This document shows positions 40,520-53,129 of a DNA stretch of 64,000 bases, piece by piece (positions within the stretch are counted from its first letter, which is position 1; each line of letters begins with the position of its first letter). This DNA comes from Eledone cirrhosa (Eukaryota). The position numbers and the translations under genes were made by a program. The notes beneath the pieces are model-generated. The model was not told the origin of the DNA. It saw only the letters and a program-made list of their open reading frames with translations, and did not search any database. The stretch covers positions 23,560,001 through 23,624,000 of the forward strand of contig OZ024743.1 of NCBI GenBank assembly GCA_964016885.1. Reading direction: 5' to 3'.

Positions 40520-40767
40520 GTATATATATATATAGATAGATAAATATACACGGGTGTGTATGATTGTGTATAGAAGATTATATTAATAAGAGGAATTCCA
40601 ACTTTGTCTGATTTACTCGTTTTATTTACAATCCTTCAAAATTTATAATGGTATTATAATGAAATAGTATGATAGAATATTAAATGTTAAGTGTTAATTG
40701 AACAAGTACTTTCATGCTTTCGCAATCTTCAGGTTCATAATATGTGGTGACAGTCAAGTTTGCAATG

Positions 40768-40868
<101 letters not shown>

Positions 40869-40871
40869 TAA

Positions 40872-43739
40872 ACACTAAATCCCTCCCCCATGAAGAATGC
40901 ACCTCCCAACATAGACTACTAATTAGCGACCTCATAGTCAGGACGAGACGTACTAGACAACAGAAGAGGACTATCCTCAGGAGAAAAATATGGAAACTAA
41001 AGGACCCCACAGCCAGAAATAAATTCCAAAGCATGTTACTTGATGCTTTCGACAGTAAGCAAGAGCAATTAGAATCAGATAATATAGAGGAACAGTGGGA
41101 ATTCCTGAAAGCAAACCTGCTGACGGCGGCAGACGAAGTCTGTGGCTGGAGCAGGCCTGTAGGTAGGAGGAGAGTAACATGGTGGTGGAACAGTAAGGTG
41201 GAGGAGTCAATTAAGGCCAAAAAGCAGGCTTGGAAAGTATGGCGGGATGGGGGAAGTAGAGAAGACTATCAAGTGGCCAGGAGGGAAGCTAGGAGACAAG
41301 TGTACTTCGCAAGAAGAGAAGCAGAGGAAAGAAAGTTCAAGCATGTTCTACAACGTGAGGACCAAAAACGTGAGGTGTTCAGGATTGCTAGGAAATGTGT
41401 CAAGGAAAACCGTGATATTGTCGGGGAGAAGTGTGTACTTAATGATGATGGCGTACTTGCCATCACTGACGCTGATAAGAAGGTAGCTTGGAAGTGTCAC
41501 TACGAAAGGCTTCTAAATGAGGAGAATAAATGGGAGAAAGATAGTCTCCCCCACATCGACCCAATAGAGGGACCGGCAGTGTTAGTCGAAGGTAGTATAA
41601 TAAGTAAGGCAATCAAAGATATGAAGATGGGTAAGGCGGCTGGGCGTTCGGAAATAGTTGCTGAGATGCTGAAAGCCTCTGGAATGGTGGGACACACCAT
41701 GGTCACCCGGATAGTAAACCAAGTCATACAGAATGGGGTTGTTCCAAAGGACTGGCATAGCAGCATCATCATTAACTGTTACAAGGGTAAAGGAGATGCC
41801 CTAGATAGGAGTAACTATAGAGGCATTAAATTAATCGACCAGGTCATGAAGGTCACGGAAAAAGTTATAGCGCAACTAATCAGAGAGAGAATTGATCTAG
41901 ATGAAATGCAGTTCGGTTTTGTGTCAGGCAAAAGTACCACAGACGTTCTTTTCATTGTACGACAACTACAGGAGAAGTACCTAGCTAAAAGTAAACCCCT
42001 ATACTTAGCTTTTGTTGACTTGGAGAAAGCCTTCGACAGAGTCCCCCGTTCCATTATCTGGTGGGCTCTTAGAAAACTAGGTGTTGACGAATGGCTTGTG
42101 AGAGCTATACAAGCCATGTATAAAGAAACAGTCAGCAAGGTTAGAATTAACAACGAATGTAGTGAAGAGTTTAGTGTAAAAGTTGGTGTCTATCAGGGCT
42201 CTGTTCTTAGCCTCCTACTATTTATTATTGCCCTTCAGGCTATAACAGTGGAGTTCAAGACCAGCTGCCCATGGGAACTCCTATACGCAGATGATCTAAC
42301 GCTCATAGCTGAATCAATGGCCGAGCTAGAGAAGAAATTCCAAACATGGAAGCATGGCCTAGAATCAAAAGGGCTTAAAATTAACCTGGCTAAGACTAAA
42401 GTTCTAGTTTGTGGGAAAGAAAATAAGGCGACGGTCCCTTCCGGGAAATGGCCATGCTCAGTGTGTAGGAAAGGCGTAGGTAGAAACTCCATTTTATGTC
42501 CCAAATGCAAAGTATGGGTGCATAAAAGATGTAGTGGGATCACAGGTAAGCTAACTAAGAACATAGATTTTACATGTGGCCGTTGCTCTGGTGCAATAAG
42601 TAGCAGCAAGTGCCCACAGAATACTAGTTCTTTCAATTGCGCAGAGGGTTCTATAGAAATAGTGGATAGCTTCCGTTACCTGGGTGACAAAATCAGCAGT
42701 GAGGGAGGGTGCTCTGAAAGTACAGTAGCTAGAGTCAGAACTGTATGGAAAAAGTTCAGAGAGCTTATACCACTATTAGCCACTAAAGGGTTCTCCCTAA
42801 AAATGAAAGGCAGGTTGTATGATGCCTGCATACGAACAGCAATGTTGCATGGCAGTGAGGCCTGGGCATTGTGTGCAGAGGATATATGCAGACTAGAGAG
42901 GAACGAAGCTTGCATGCTCCACTGGATGTGTAATAGTAACATACGTGAACGGCAAAGCATAAGCGAACTAAGGAAAAAATTTGAAATAAGAGGGATCAGA
43001 TGTTGTTTACTTGAGAGAAGGCTACGTTGGTATGGTCACGTGATGCGCATGAAAGACGACAGCTGTATAACAAAGTGCAGGGCAATAAAGATAGATGGTA
43101 GCTACGGAGTAGGCAGACCCAGAAAAACCTGGGACGAGCTGATAAATTCCGACTTCACACACTTACACCTCTCCAAGACAATGTCACTGGACCAAGACCT
43201 TTGGCAGTACTCAGTAATAGAGAAGACCCGCCTTACCTAAATACAAAGTAAAACCTACTACAGTCAGTAGGCATCTCTAACAAAATACACCCCCGTCCCA
43301 CCACCCCAACCCCATCCACACCGCCCCTTTCAATGTAAAGTTATGTTGGTGCCACAACATCCAGGCCGAAACAAATGAGATCGTGTAGGGGTCACGACAA
43401 AAAAAAACACACAGTCCACGCTGTAATGTGGCCGTGTAGGCAACACGGTAAAAATCTCCCAGTCCCACACTGTAAATGTGGTTGGTGTTAGGAAGGGCAT
43501 CCAGCTGTAGAAAACCCGCCAGACAGTCCACGCTGTAATGTGGCCGTGTAGGCAACACAGTAAAAACCTCCCAGCCCCACACTGTAAATATGGTTGGTGT
43601 TAGGAAGGGCATCCAGCTGTAGAAAACCCGCCAGACAGTCTTATGCGAGCAAGACAATCACTCTTGCCTCAAGTGGGAAAACCCCCGTCCAAACCCATGC
43701 AAGCGTGGAACACGGACGTTAAACGATGATGATGATGAT
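40872..43739 (+). mobile_element. RTE-clade LINE, 5' truncated, with uninterrupted RT ORF
   Basis: Open frame 40872-43240: APE end (SQHRLL), KGKGDAL..NYRGIKL, QFGF, DLEKAFD, QGSVLS, YADD, PHD-type C4HC3 finger, FRYLG, RRLRWYGHV. 3' UTR and (GAT)n tail. (TA)n on both sides. The poly-YI N-terminus of the ORF is microsatellite read-through. Confidence 0.95.
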
Positions 43740-43830
43740 ATATATATATATATAATATAGTCCTTCTATATACTGTACCAATTGTGTTGTTATTTCTGTT
43801 TACCTTTTAAATACATATATATATATATAT

Positions 43831-43919
43831 ATGAAAGGATTACAAAGGAGAATATATACGTAGGTGCTTTTATATAAACATGTTCTGACAGTATATATTC
43901 TCCTTTGTAATCCTTTCAT
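43831..43919. repeat. Perfect 29-bp inverted repeat beside (TA)n
   Basis: atgaaaggattacaaaggagaatatatac / gtatatattctcctttgtaatcctttcat. Confidence 0.92.
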
Positions 43920-44399
43920 TTGTAACCGCTCTGCTTATCTTCTCGCCCACTAAATATTAACGCTTCCAATATTTAACCCTGTAGGCACAAGTATTGAGCA
44001 CAAATGCACAACTTTTTGGCAACCAACTATATGTATCGCTTATCCCTTTAAACCTCTTCTTCTTCTCTCTCACGATACTTAAATATTCTCTATATATATA
44101 TACATATATATATATATCATATATATATATATATACATCCGAGTGTCTCTCTCAATACACACCTGCATGAGTTATCATCACTATAACAGAACTGAAACAA
44201 ATCTTTCTGCTGCATAATTCTCCAGTGAAAAGATTTTTGGAATTCTTCAGATTCCCCCAAGCTTTCTTCATGGTCTTTGTATTCCTTTCCAAATGAACTG
44301 TTTTGTTTGAAAATTAGAATACAGCGGAAAGCTCAACATTTCTGAGAATCTCTACATTTTTTTTACTTCCTTATCCTCCTCCTTCTCCTCATTATCATC

Positions 44400-46518
44400 A
44401 ACATCATTGTCATCATCACCAGCACCGCCACCACGACCATCACTATGGCCACAAAAAAACCGGCACCTCCAACGCCACCACCACTGTCACTGCCACCATC
44501 ACTGTAACCACCACTGCCACAACCACCACCACCACCATCACCATCACCACCACAACCACATCCATCACCACCACCATAACCACTACCATTACTACCACAA
44601 ACACAACCATCACCACAACCACTACCACCACCACCATCATCACCACCACAACCACATCCATCACCACCACCATAACCACTACCATTACTACCACAAACAC
44701 AACCATCACCACCACCACAACCTCCACCACCACCACCATCACCACCACAACCACATCCATCACCACCACCATAACCACTACCATTACTACCACAAACACA
44801 ACCATCACCACCACCACAACCTCCACCACCACCACCATCACCACCACAACCACATCCATCACCACCACCATAACCACTACCATTACTACCACAAACACAA
44901 CCATCACCACCACCACAACCTCCACCACCACCACCATCACCACCACAACCACATCCATCACCACCACCATAACCACTACCATTACTACCACAAACACAAC
45001 CATCACCACCACCACAACCTCCACCACCACCACCATCACCACCACAACCACATCCATCACCACCACCATAACCACTACCATTACTACCACAAACACAACC
45101 ATCACCACCACCACAACCACCACAACCACCACCATCACCACCACAACCACATCCATCACCACCACCATAACCACTACCATTACTACCACAAACACAACCA
45201 TCACCACCACCACAACCTCCACCACCACCACCATCACCACCACCACCACCACCATCACCACCACAACCACATCCATCACCACCACCATAACCACTACCAT
45301 TACTACCACAAACACAACCATCACCACCACCACAACCTCCACCACCACCACCACCACCATCACCACCACAACCACATCCATCACCACCACCATAACCACT
45401 ACCATTACTACCACAAACACAACCATCACCACCACCACAACCACCACCACCACCACCATCACCACCACAACCACATCCATCACCACCACCATAACCACTA
45501 CCATTACTACCACAAACACAACCATCACCACCACCACAACCTCCACCACCACCACCATCACCACCACAACCACATCCATCACCACCACCATAACCACTAC
45601 CATTACTACCACAAACACAACCATCACCACCACCACAACCTCCACCACCACCACCACCACCACCACCATCACCACCACAACCACATCCATCACCACCACC
45701 ATAACCACTACCATTACTACCACAAACACAACCATCACCACCACCACAACCACCACCACCACCACCATCACCACCACAACCACATCCATCACCACCACCA
45801 TAACCACTACCATTACTACCACAAACACAACCATCACCACCACCACAACCTCCACCACCACCACCATCACCACCACAACCACATCCATCACCACCACCAT
45901 AACCACTACCATTACTACCACAAACACAACCATCACCACCACCACAACCTCCACCACCACCACCATCACCACCACAACCACATCCATCACCACCACCATA
46001 ACCACTACCATTACTACCACAAACACAACCATCACCACCACCACAACCTCCACCACCACCACCACCACCACCACCATCACCACCACAACCACATCCATCA
46101 CCACCACCATAACCACTACCATTACTACCACAAACACAACCACCATCACCACCACATCCATCACCACCACCATAACCACTACCATTACTACCACAAACAC
46201 AACCATCACCACCACCACAACCACCACCACCACCACCATCACCACCACAACCACATCCATCACCACCACCATAACCACTACCATTACTACCACAAACACA
46301 ACCACCATCACCACCACATCCATCACCACCACCATAACCACTACCATTACTACCACAAACACAACCATCACCACCACCACAACCACCACCACCACCACCA
46401 TCACCACCACAACCACATCCATCACCACCACCATAACCACTACCATTACTACCACAAACACAACCATCACCACCACCACAACCACCACCATCACCACCAC
46501 CATCACCACCACAAACAC
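44400..46518. repeat. (CAC)-derived minisatellite, 99-bp unit, ~20 copies
   Basis: cataaccactaccattactaccacaaacacaacc recurs 20 times. Variant units run from 63 to 120 bp. Gly/Cys, Val, His and Thr frames are open. Confidence 0.95.
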
Positions 46519-46649
46519 ATGTGTTTATATTGAGAGGGAAGGAACCATATATTGTGTATATATACCAAATACATATTCTATAGAAAAATGTGTATATTTG
46601 TGTATATATGTGTGGATGTGTGTGTATGTGCATATATATATATATATGA

Positions 46650-46902
46650 TGCCTGTGTGAGGTGCGCGATGCTGCATTGTGTACATTTTATAGAATTTAT
46701 GCCAAGAAATGCCAGTTGAAGGAAGATGTAGTGGAGGAAGACCACGAAAAACATGGGCGGAGGTGGTGAGAGCAGACCACAGATCACTGAAGCTCACAGA
46801 GGAGATGACGAAGGACCGTGACAAGTGGAGAGATGCTGTGCTGATAGGACCCATCCCACCCTTGCAAGCAGGGAAAAGCAGACATAAAATGATGATGATG
46901 AT
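46650..46902 (+). mobile_element. RTE 3' end (second family)
   Basis: [23 protein letters not shown]...DRDKWR; (GAT)n tail into (TA)n. Confidence 0.8.
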
Positions 46903-46913
46903 GTATATATATG

Positions 46914-46946
<33 letters not shown>

Positions 46947-46987
46947 GTCTTTATATATATATATATACATATATTTATATATATATA

Positions 46988-47018
<31 letters not shown>

Positions 47019-47038
47019 GTGTGTGTGTGTATGTATAC

Positions 47039-47101
<63 letters not shown>

Positions 47102-47139
47102 CTTATATATATATATATATAATATATATACATATATAT

Positions 47140-47193
<54 letters not shown>

Positions 47194-47250
47194 GTATACA
47201 TACACGCACACACACATATATATATATATTTTATATATGTACATACAAAT

Positions 47251-47293
<43 letters not shown>

Positions 47294-47351
47294 CACGCAT
47301 ACTTATACATATACATATATGTATATATATGTATATGTATAAGTATGCGTG

Positions 47352-47389
<38 letters not shown>

Positions 47390-47453
47390 TGTATGTATAT
47401 TTGTATGTACATATATAATATATATATATATATGTGTGTGTGTGTATGTATAC

Positions 47454-47543
<90 letters not shown>

Positions 47544-47593
47544 ATATATATGTATATATATTATATATATATATATATATAAGTATATATATG

Positions 47594-47632
<39 letters not shown>
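46903..47632. repeat. Complex (TA)n/(TG)n tract with internal palindromic symmetry
   Basis: Unique interruptions are mirrored around ~47322. Confidence 0.85.
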
Positions 47633-47633
<1 letters not shown>

Positions 47634-48045
47634 ATTGTAAACATCTTGCAGACTTTAACAGAACATGTTAATACAGCCACTTAATGAAAACCCTTTGTTA
47701 TGCTTAGAATAAATGAACCTTTAAAATTAGGGGGAGCCTGCATTTGTATCACTGTATCACTATGCTTTTTTCTCTAAGTATAGTTTTTTCAAAGAACCCC
47801 CATTCTTTAAATCCATCAGCCAATGACCTCCACCCATCCCAATCACACCTTCCCCTACCACCAGAAAATGTATAAATACTACAATATTACATTGACAGTT
47901 TACTTTCCAGATGATCTCCTTCAAATGAAACAGTTCTAGTCCTGTAGAAGCCATTTCCATATTAAATTTTGAATATGCTCTACTCATCAATTGAGTACTT
48001 TACTTACTGTGGTTACCCTCAATTGAACCCAGGATACACATATAT

Positions 48046-48081
<36 letters not shown>

Positions 48082-48083
<2 letters not shown>

Positions 48084-50165
48084 CATCATCATTATCATCA
48101 TCAACGTTTAACGTCCGTGTTCCACGCTTGCATGGGTTTGGACGGGGTTTTCCCACTTGAGGCAAGAGTGATTGTCTTGCTCGCATAGGACTGTCTGGCA
48201 GGTTTTCTACAGTTGGATGCCCTTCCTAACACCAACCACATTTACAGTGTGGGTCTGGGAGGTTTTTACCGTGTTGCCTACACGGCCACATTACAGCGTG
48301 GACTGTGTGTTTTTTTGTCGTGACACCTACACGATCTCATTTGTTTCAGCCTAGATGGTGTGGCACCAACATAACTTTACATAGAAGGGGGGCGGTGTGG
48401 ATTGGGTGGGGGTGGTGGGACGGGGGTGTATTTTGTTAGAGATGCCTACTGACTGTAGTAGGTTTTACTTTGTATTTAGGTAAGGCGGGTCTTCTCTATT
48501 ACTGAGTACCGCCAAAGGTCTCGGTCCAGTGACATTGTCTTGGTGAGGTGTAAGTGTGTGAGGTCGGAGTTTATCAGCTCGTCCCAGGTTTTTCTGGGTC
48601 TGCCTATTCCGTGGCTACCGTCTATCTTTATTGCCCTACACTTTGTTATACAGCTATCGTCCTTCATGCGCATCACGTGACCATACCAACATAGCCTTCT
48701 CTCTAGTAAACAACATCTGATCCCTCTTATTTCTAATTTTTTCCTTAGTTCGTTTATGCTTTGTCGTTCACGTATATTACTATTACACATCCAGCGGAGC
48801 ATGCAAGCTTCGTTTCTCTCTAGTCTGCGTATATCCTCTGCACACAATGCCCAGGTCTCACTGCCATGCAACATTGCTGTTCGTATGCAGGCATCGTACA
48901 GCCTGCCTTTCATTTTTAGGGAGAACCCTTTAGCGGCTAATAGTGGTATAAGCTCTCTGAACTTTTTCCACCCAGTTCTGACTCTAGCTACTGTACTTTC
49001 AGAGCACCCTCCCCCACTGCTGATTTTGTCACCCAGGTAACGGAAGCTGTCCACTATTTCTATAGAACCCTCTGCGCAATTGAAAGAGCTAGTATTTGTG
49101 GGCACTTGCTGCTACTTATTGCACCAGAGCACCGGCCACATGTAAAATCTATGTTCTTAGTTAGCTTACCTGTGATCCCACTACATCTTTTATGCACCCA
49201 TACTTTGCATTTGGGACATAAAATGGAGTTTCTACCTACGCCTTTCCTAGACACTGAGCATGGCCATTTCCCAGAAGGGACCGCGACCTTATTTTCTTTC
49301 CTACAAACTAGAACTTTAGTCTTAGCCAGGTTAATTTTAAGTCCTTTTGATTCTAGGCCATGCTTCCATGTTTGGAATTTCTTCTCTAGCTCGGCCATTG
49401 ATTCAGCTATGAGCGTTAGATCATCTGCGTATAGGAGTTCCCATGGGCAGCCGGTCTTGAACTCCACTGTTATAGCCTGAAGGGCAATAATAAATAGTAG
49501 GAGGCTAAGAACAGAGCCCTGATGTACACCAACTTTTACACTAAACTCTTCACTACATTCGTTGTTAATTCTAACCTTGCTGACTGTTTCTTTATACATG
49601 GTTTGTATAGCTCTCACAAGCCATTCGTCAACACCTAGTTTTCTAAGAGCCCACCAGATAATGGAACGGGGGACTCTGTCGAAGGCTTTCTCCAAGTCGA
49701 CAAAAGCTAAGTAGAGGGGTTTACCTTTAGCTAGGTACTTCTCCTGTAGTTGTCGTACAATGAAAAGAGCGTCTGTGGTACCTTTGCCTGACACAAACCC
49801 GAACTGCATTTCATCTAGGTCAATTCTCTCTCTGATTAGTTGCGCTATTACTTTTTCCGTGACCTTCATGACCTGGTCGATTAATTTAATGCCTCTATAG
49901 TTACTCCTATCTAGGGCATCTCCTTTACCCTTATAACAGTTAACGATGATGCTGCTATGCCAGTCCTTTGGAACAACCCCATTCTGTACGACTTGGTTAA
50001 CTATGCGGGTGACCATGGTGTGTCCCACCGTGCCAGATGCCTTCAGCATCTCAGCAACTATTTCCGAAGGCCCAGCCGCCTTACCCGTCTTCATATCCTT
50101 GATTGCCTTACTTATTATACTCCCCTCGACTAACACTGCTGGTCCCTCTATTGGGTCGATGTGGG
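48082..50165 (-). mobile_element. RTE LINE 3' fragment
   Basis: ORFs 49060-50136 and 48476-49105 (one frameshift); same family as 40872-43739. Confidence 0.95.
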
Positions 50166-50212
50166 GGGGGGGGGGATATATGTATATATATATATATATA
50201 CAGCCTTCAGGT

Positions 50213-51633
50213 TATATCCTTCAGGCTATAACAGAGGAGTACAAGACCGGCTGCCCATGGGAACTCCTATACGCAGATGATCTAACGCTCATAGCTGAAT
50301 CAATGGCTGAACTAGAGAAGAAATTCCAAACATGGAAGCATGGCCTAGAATCAAAAGGCCTTAAAGTTAACTTGTCTAAGACTAAAGTCCTAGTTTGTAG
50401 AAAGGAAAATAAGGCACAGGTACCCTCAGGGAAATGGCCATGCTCAGTGTGTAGGAAAGGAGTAGGCAGAAATTCAATTTTATGTCCTAAATGCAAAGTA
50501 TGGGTACATAAAAGATGTAGTGGGATCGCAGGTAAACTATCTAAGAACGTAGACTTTATATGTGGCCGATGCTCAGGTGCAATAAGTAGCAAGTGTCCAC
50601 AGGATACTAGCTCCTTCTATTGCCCAGATGGTTCTATAGAAATAGTGGACACCTTCCGTTACCTGGGTGACAAAATCAGCAGTGGTGGAGGGTGTTCTGA
50701 AAGTACTGTAGCCAGAGTCAGAACGGGATGTAAAAAGTTCAGAGAGCTTATACCGCTGTTGGCCACAAGTTTCTCTCTAAAAATGAAAGGCAGATTGTAT
50801 GATGCTTGTATATGAACAGCAATGCTACATGGCAGTGAGACATGGGCATTACATGCAGAGGAACTGTGCCGACTGGAAAGGAACGAAGCATGCATGCTCC
50901 GCTGGATGTGTAATAGTAATATACGTGAACAGCAAAGCATAAATGAACTAAGTAAGAAATTAGGAATAAGAGGGATCAGATGCTGTTTACTTGAGAGAAG
51001 ACAACGTTGGTATGGCCATGTGATGCGCATGAAAGATAACATCTGTATAAAAAAGTGCAGGACGATCAAAATTGATGGTAGTTACGGAGTAGGCAGACCC
51101 AGAAAAACCTGGGATGATCTGATAAATTCCAACCTTACACACTTGCACCTCTCTAAGACGATGTCACTGGACCGAGATCTTTGGTGCTACACAGTAATAC
51201 AGAAGACCCGCCTTGCCTATGTACAAAGCGAAACCTACAGTCAGTAGGCACCTCTTAACCAAATATACACCCCAATCACTACCCCTACCCTATCCTCCCA
51301 CTCCCACCAACACCACCACCTCTCTATAAAGTTGGTACCACAACATCCAGTCCAAATAAATGAGATAAATGAGATCGAGATCGTGTAGGTGTCACGAGAA
51401 AAAAACACACAGTCCACGCTGTAATGTGGCCGTGTAGGTAACACGGTAAAAAGTTCCCAGTTCCACACTGTAAATGTGGTTGGTGTTAGGAAGGGCATCC
51501 AGCCGTAGAAAATCTGCCAGATAGTCCTATATGAGCAAGACACGGTCACCCGACCAACCTTGCCTCAAGTGGGACAACTCCTATCTAACCCATGCTAGCG
51601 TGGAAAATGGACGTTAAACGAAGATGATGATGA
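50213..51633 (+). mobile_element. RTE LINE 3' fragment (sister subfamily)
   Basis: LQAITEEYKTGCPWELLYADD...GRPRKTW, 3' UTR, (GAT)n tail. Confidence 0.95.
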
Positions 51634-51719
51634 TATGAAAAGATTCAGGACTATGATGGCTGAGCTCTAGCTGTCGAAATGGTCGAAGCTGAGCCGTCAC
51701 AGTCCAGAATCTTTTCATA
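51634..51719. repeat. Imperfect long hairpin
   Basis: tatgaaaagattcaggactatgatggctgagct... / ...agctgagccgtcacagtccagaatcttttcata. The flank is related to 40213-40310. Confidence 0.75.
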
Positions 51720-51777
51720 ATACCCACTCTACTACCCCAATTATCGAGTACTCTGGTGGGTTACCACACCCTATCTG

Positions 51778-51811
<34 letters not shown>

Positions 51812-51858
51812 TAAAAGAATGGAGAATAACATGGTCAAATAGCATGTATATATATATG

Positions 51859-51893
<35 letters not shown>

Positions 51894-52011
51894 GTCAGGT
51901 CACCAGTTGGTGCTACTGGTAACATGTATCCCAGTACAACCTGTCCCATGGTCGGGTCGTTGGCGACTAAACTGGCAACCCCGCCAAGGTTTCTTAGTGA
52001 GGAGGGTGACT
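51894..52011 (+). ncRNA. Twister-like ribozyme fold (5' cleavage loop degenerate)
   Basis: P1 GUCA/UGAC, P2 (g)UCA/UGAG, T2 CC/GG, P3 GUUG+UACUGG/CCAGUA+CAAC, L4 UCCCAUGG, P5 UUGGCG/CGCCAA, L1 GAGGG. Confidence 0.5.
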
Positions 52012-52499
52012 TTGGACATCCTGCAGGACTAAAAACAAAACCTGTCAAAGGGCAAGGGAGCTCTTAAGAGTCAATGGCCATCCAAAATCACCGGGAGAGA
52101 TGACCCCTTAGCCTTTGTCAAGGCAGAATTCTAGGAGAAGGAAAACTCTGATATAACACCTGCAACCCTGATGGTATCCAATGATGTTGACTTGTTCTTC
52201 TTTTTGGTAAATATCATCTTGGTTAAGAGAGTGGGACTGGCTTTGTGCAGTGCCTTTGCTCACTATAAAAGCTTCACGGCACAGGCATTGCTTTATATCT
52301 GGAGATCTCTCTGCACTTGTCGTCACATGGTACCATGGGCCCTGCACTATGTGTCAGTAATTGTCACAAGTGTAGTGTTTGTACCAGAGTTTTCAAGTCG
52401 CTGGCTGGACTAAAAAGTCACACTCGTTCAGCGCATCGGTAGGGGTTCTCCTACATGGATATAAAGTAGTGGCCGTACTCGAAAACGAGTTGGCAGCCA

Positions 52500-52503
<4 letters not shown>
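51894..52503 (+). mobile_element. Non-autonomous RTE-derived retroposon, copy 1
   Basis: RTE-type 5' UTR motif ctaggagaaggaaaactctga, 3' stem-loop ACTCG-AAAA-CGAGT, flanked by (TA)n. A second copy follows. Confidence 0.65.
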
Positions 52504-52550
<47 letters not shown>

Positions 52551-52553
<3 letters not shown>

Positions 52554-53129
52554 TTGGATACCATCAGGGTTGCAGGTGTTATACCAGAGTTTTCCTTCTC
52601 CTAGAATTCTGCCTTGACAAAGGCTAAGGGGTCATCTCTCCCACTGATTTTGGATGGCCATTGACTTGTTCTTCTTTTTGGTAAATATCATCTTGGTTAA
52701 GAGAGTGGGACTGGCTTTGTGCAGTGCCTTTGCTCACTATAAAAGTTTCACGGCACAGGCATTGCTTTATATCTGGAGATGTCTCTGCACTTGTCGTTAC
52801 ATGGTACCATGGGCCCAGCACTGTGTGTCAATAATTGTCACAAGTGTAGTGTTTGTACCAGAGTTTACAAGTCGCTGGCTGGATTAAAAAGTCACACTCG
52901 TTCAGCGCATCGGTAGAGGTTCTCCTACATGGATATAAAGTAGTGACGGAGAGGGCCACCCAATATGAACTGACGCCAGACAGTTGAGAGGGACCTGCGA
53001 GCGACAAACAGACAATGGCGGGACGCTGTGCAACTGGCTGCTGACCGAACGCGATGGAACGCTATGATTGCCTCATGCATCGCAACACGCAGGAGCTTCT
53101 GAGTCTGAGTACTCGAAAACGAGTTGGCA

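Noticed and set aside
46709-47671. Many long YI/CV/TH-rich ORFs here and elsewhere (7007, 22745, 35983, 53068, 55368, 57463)
   Set aside because: Translations of microsatellites; no coding evidence.
51898-52015. HDV-like ribozyme (GGUCACC/GGUGACU with G.U start)
   Set aside because: No P3/L3 UCC motif and no P1.1 GG; the twister topology fits better.
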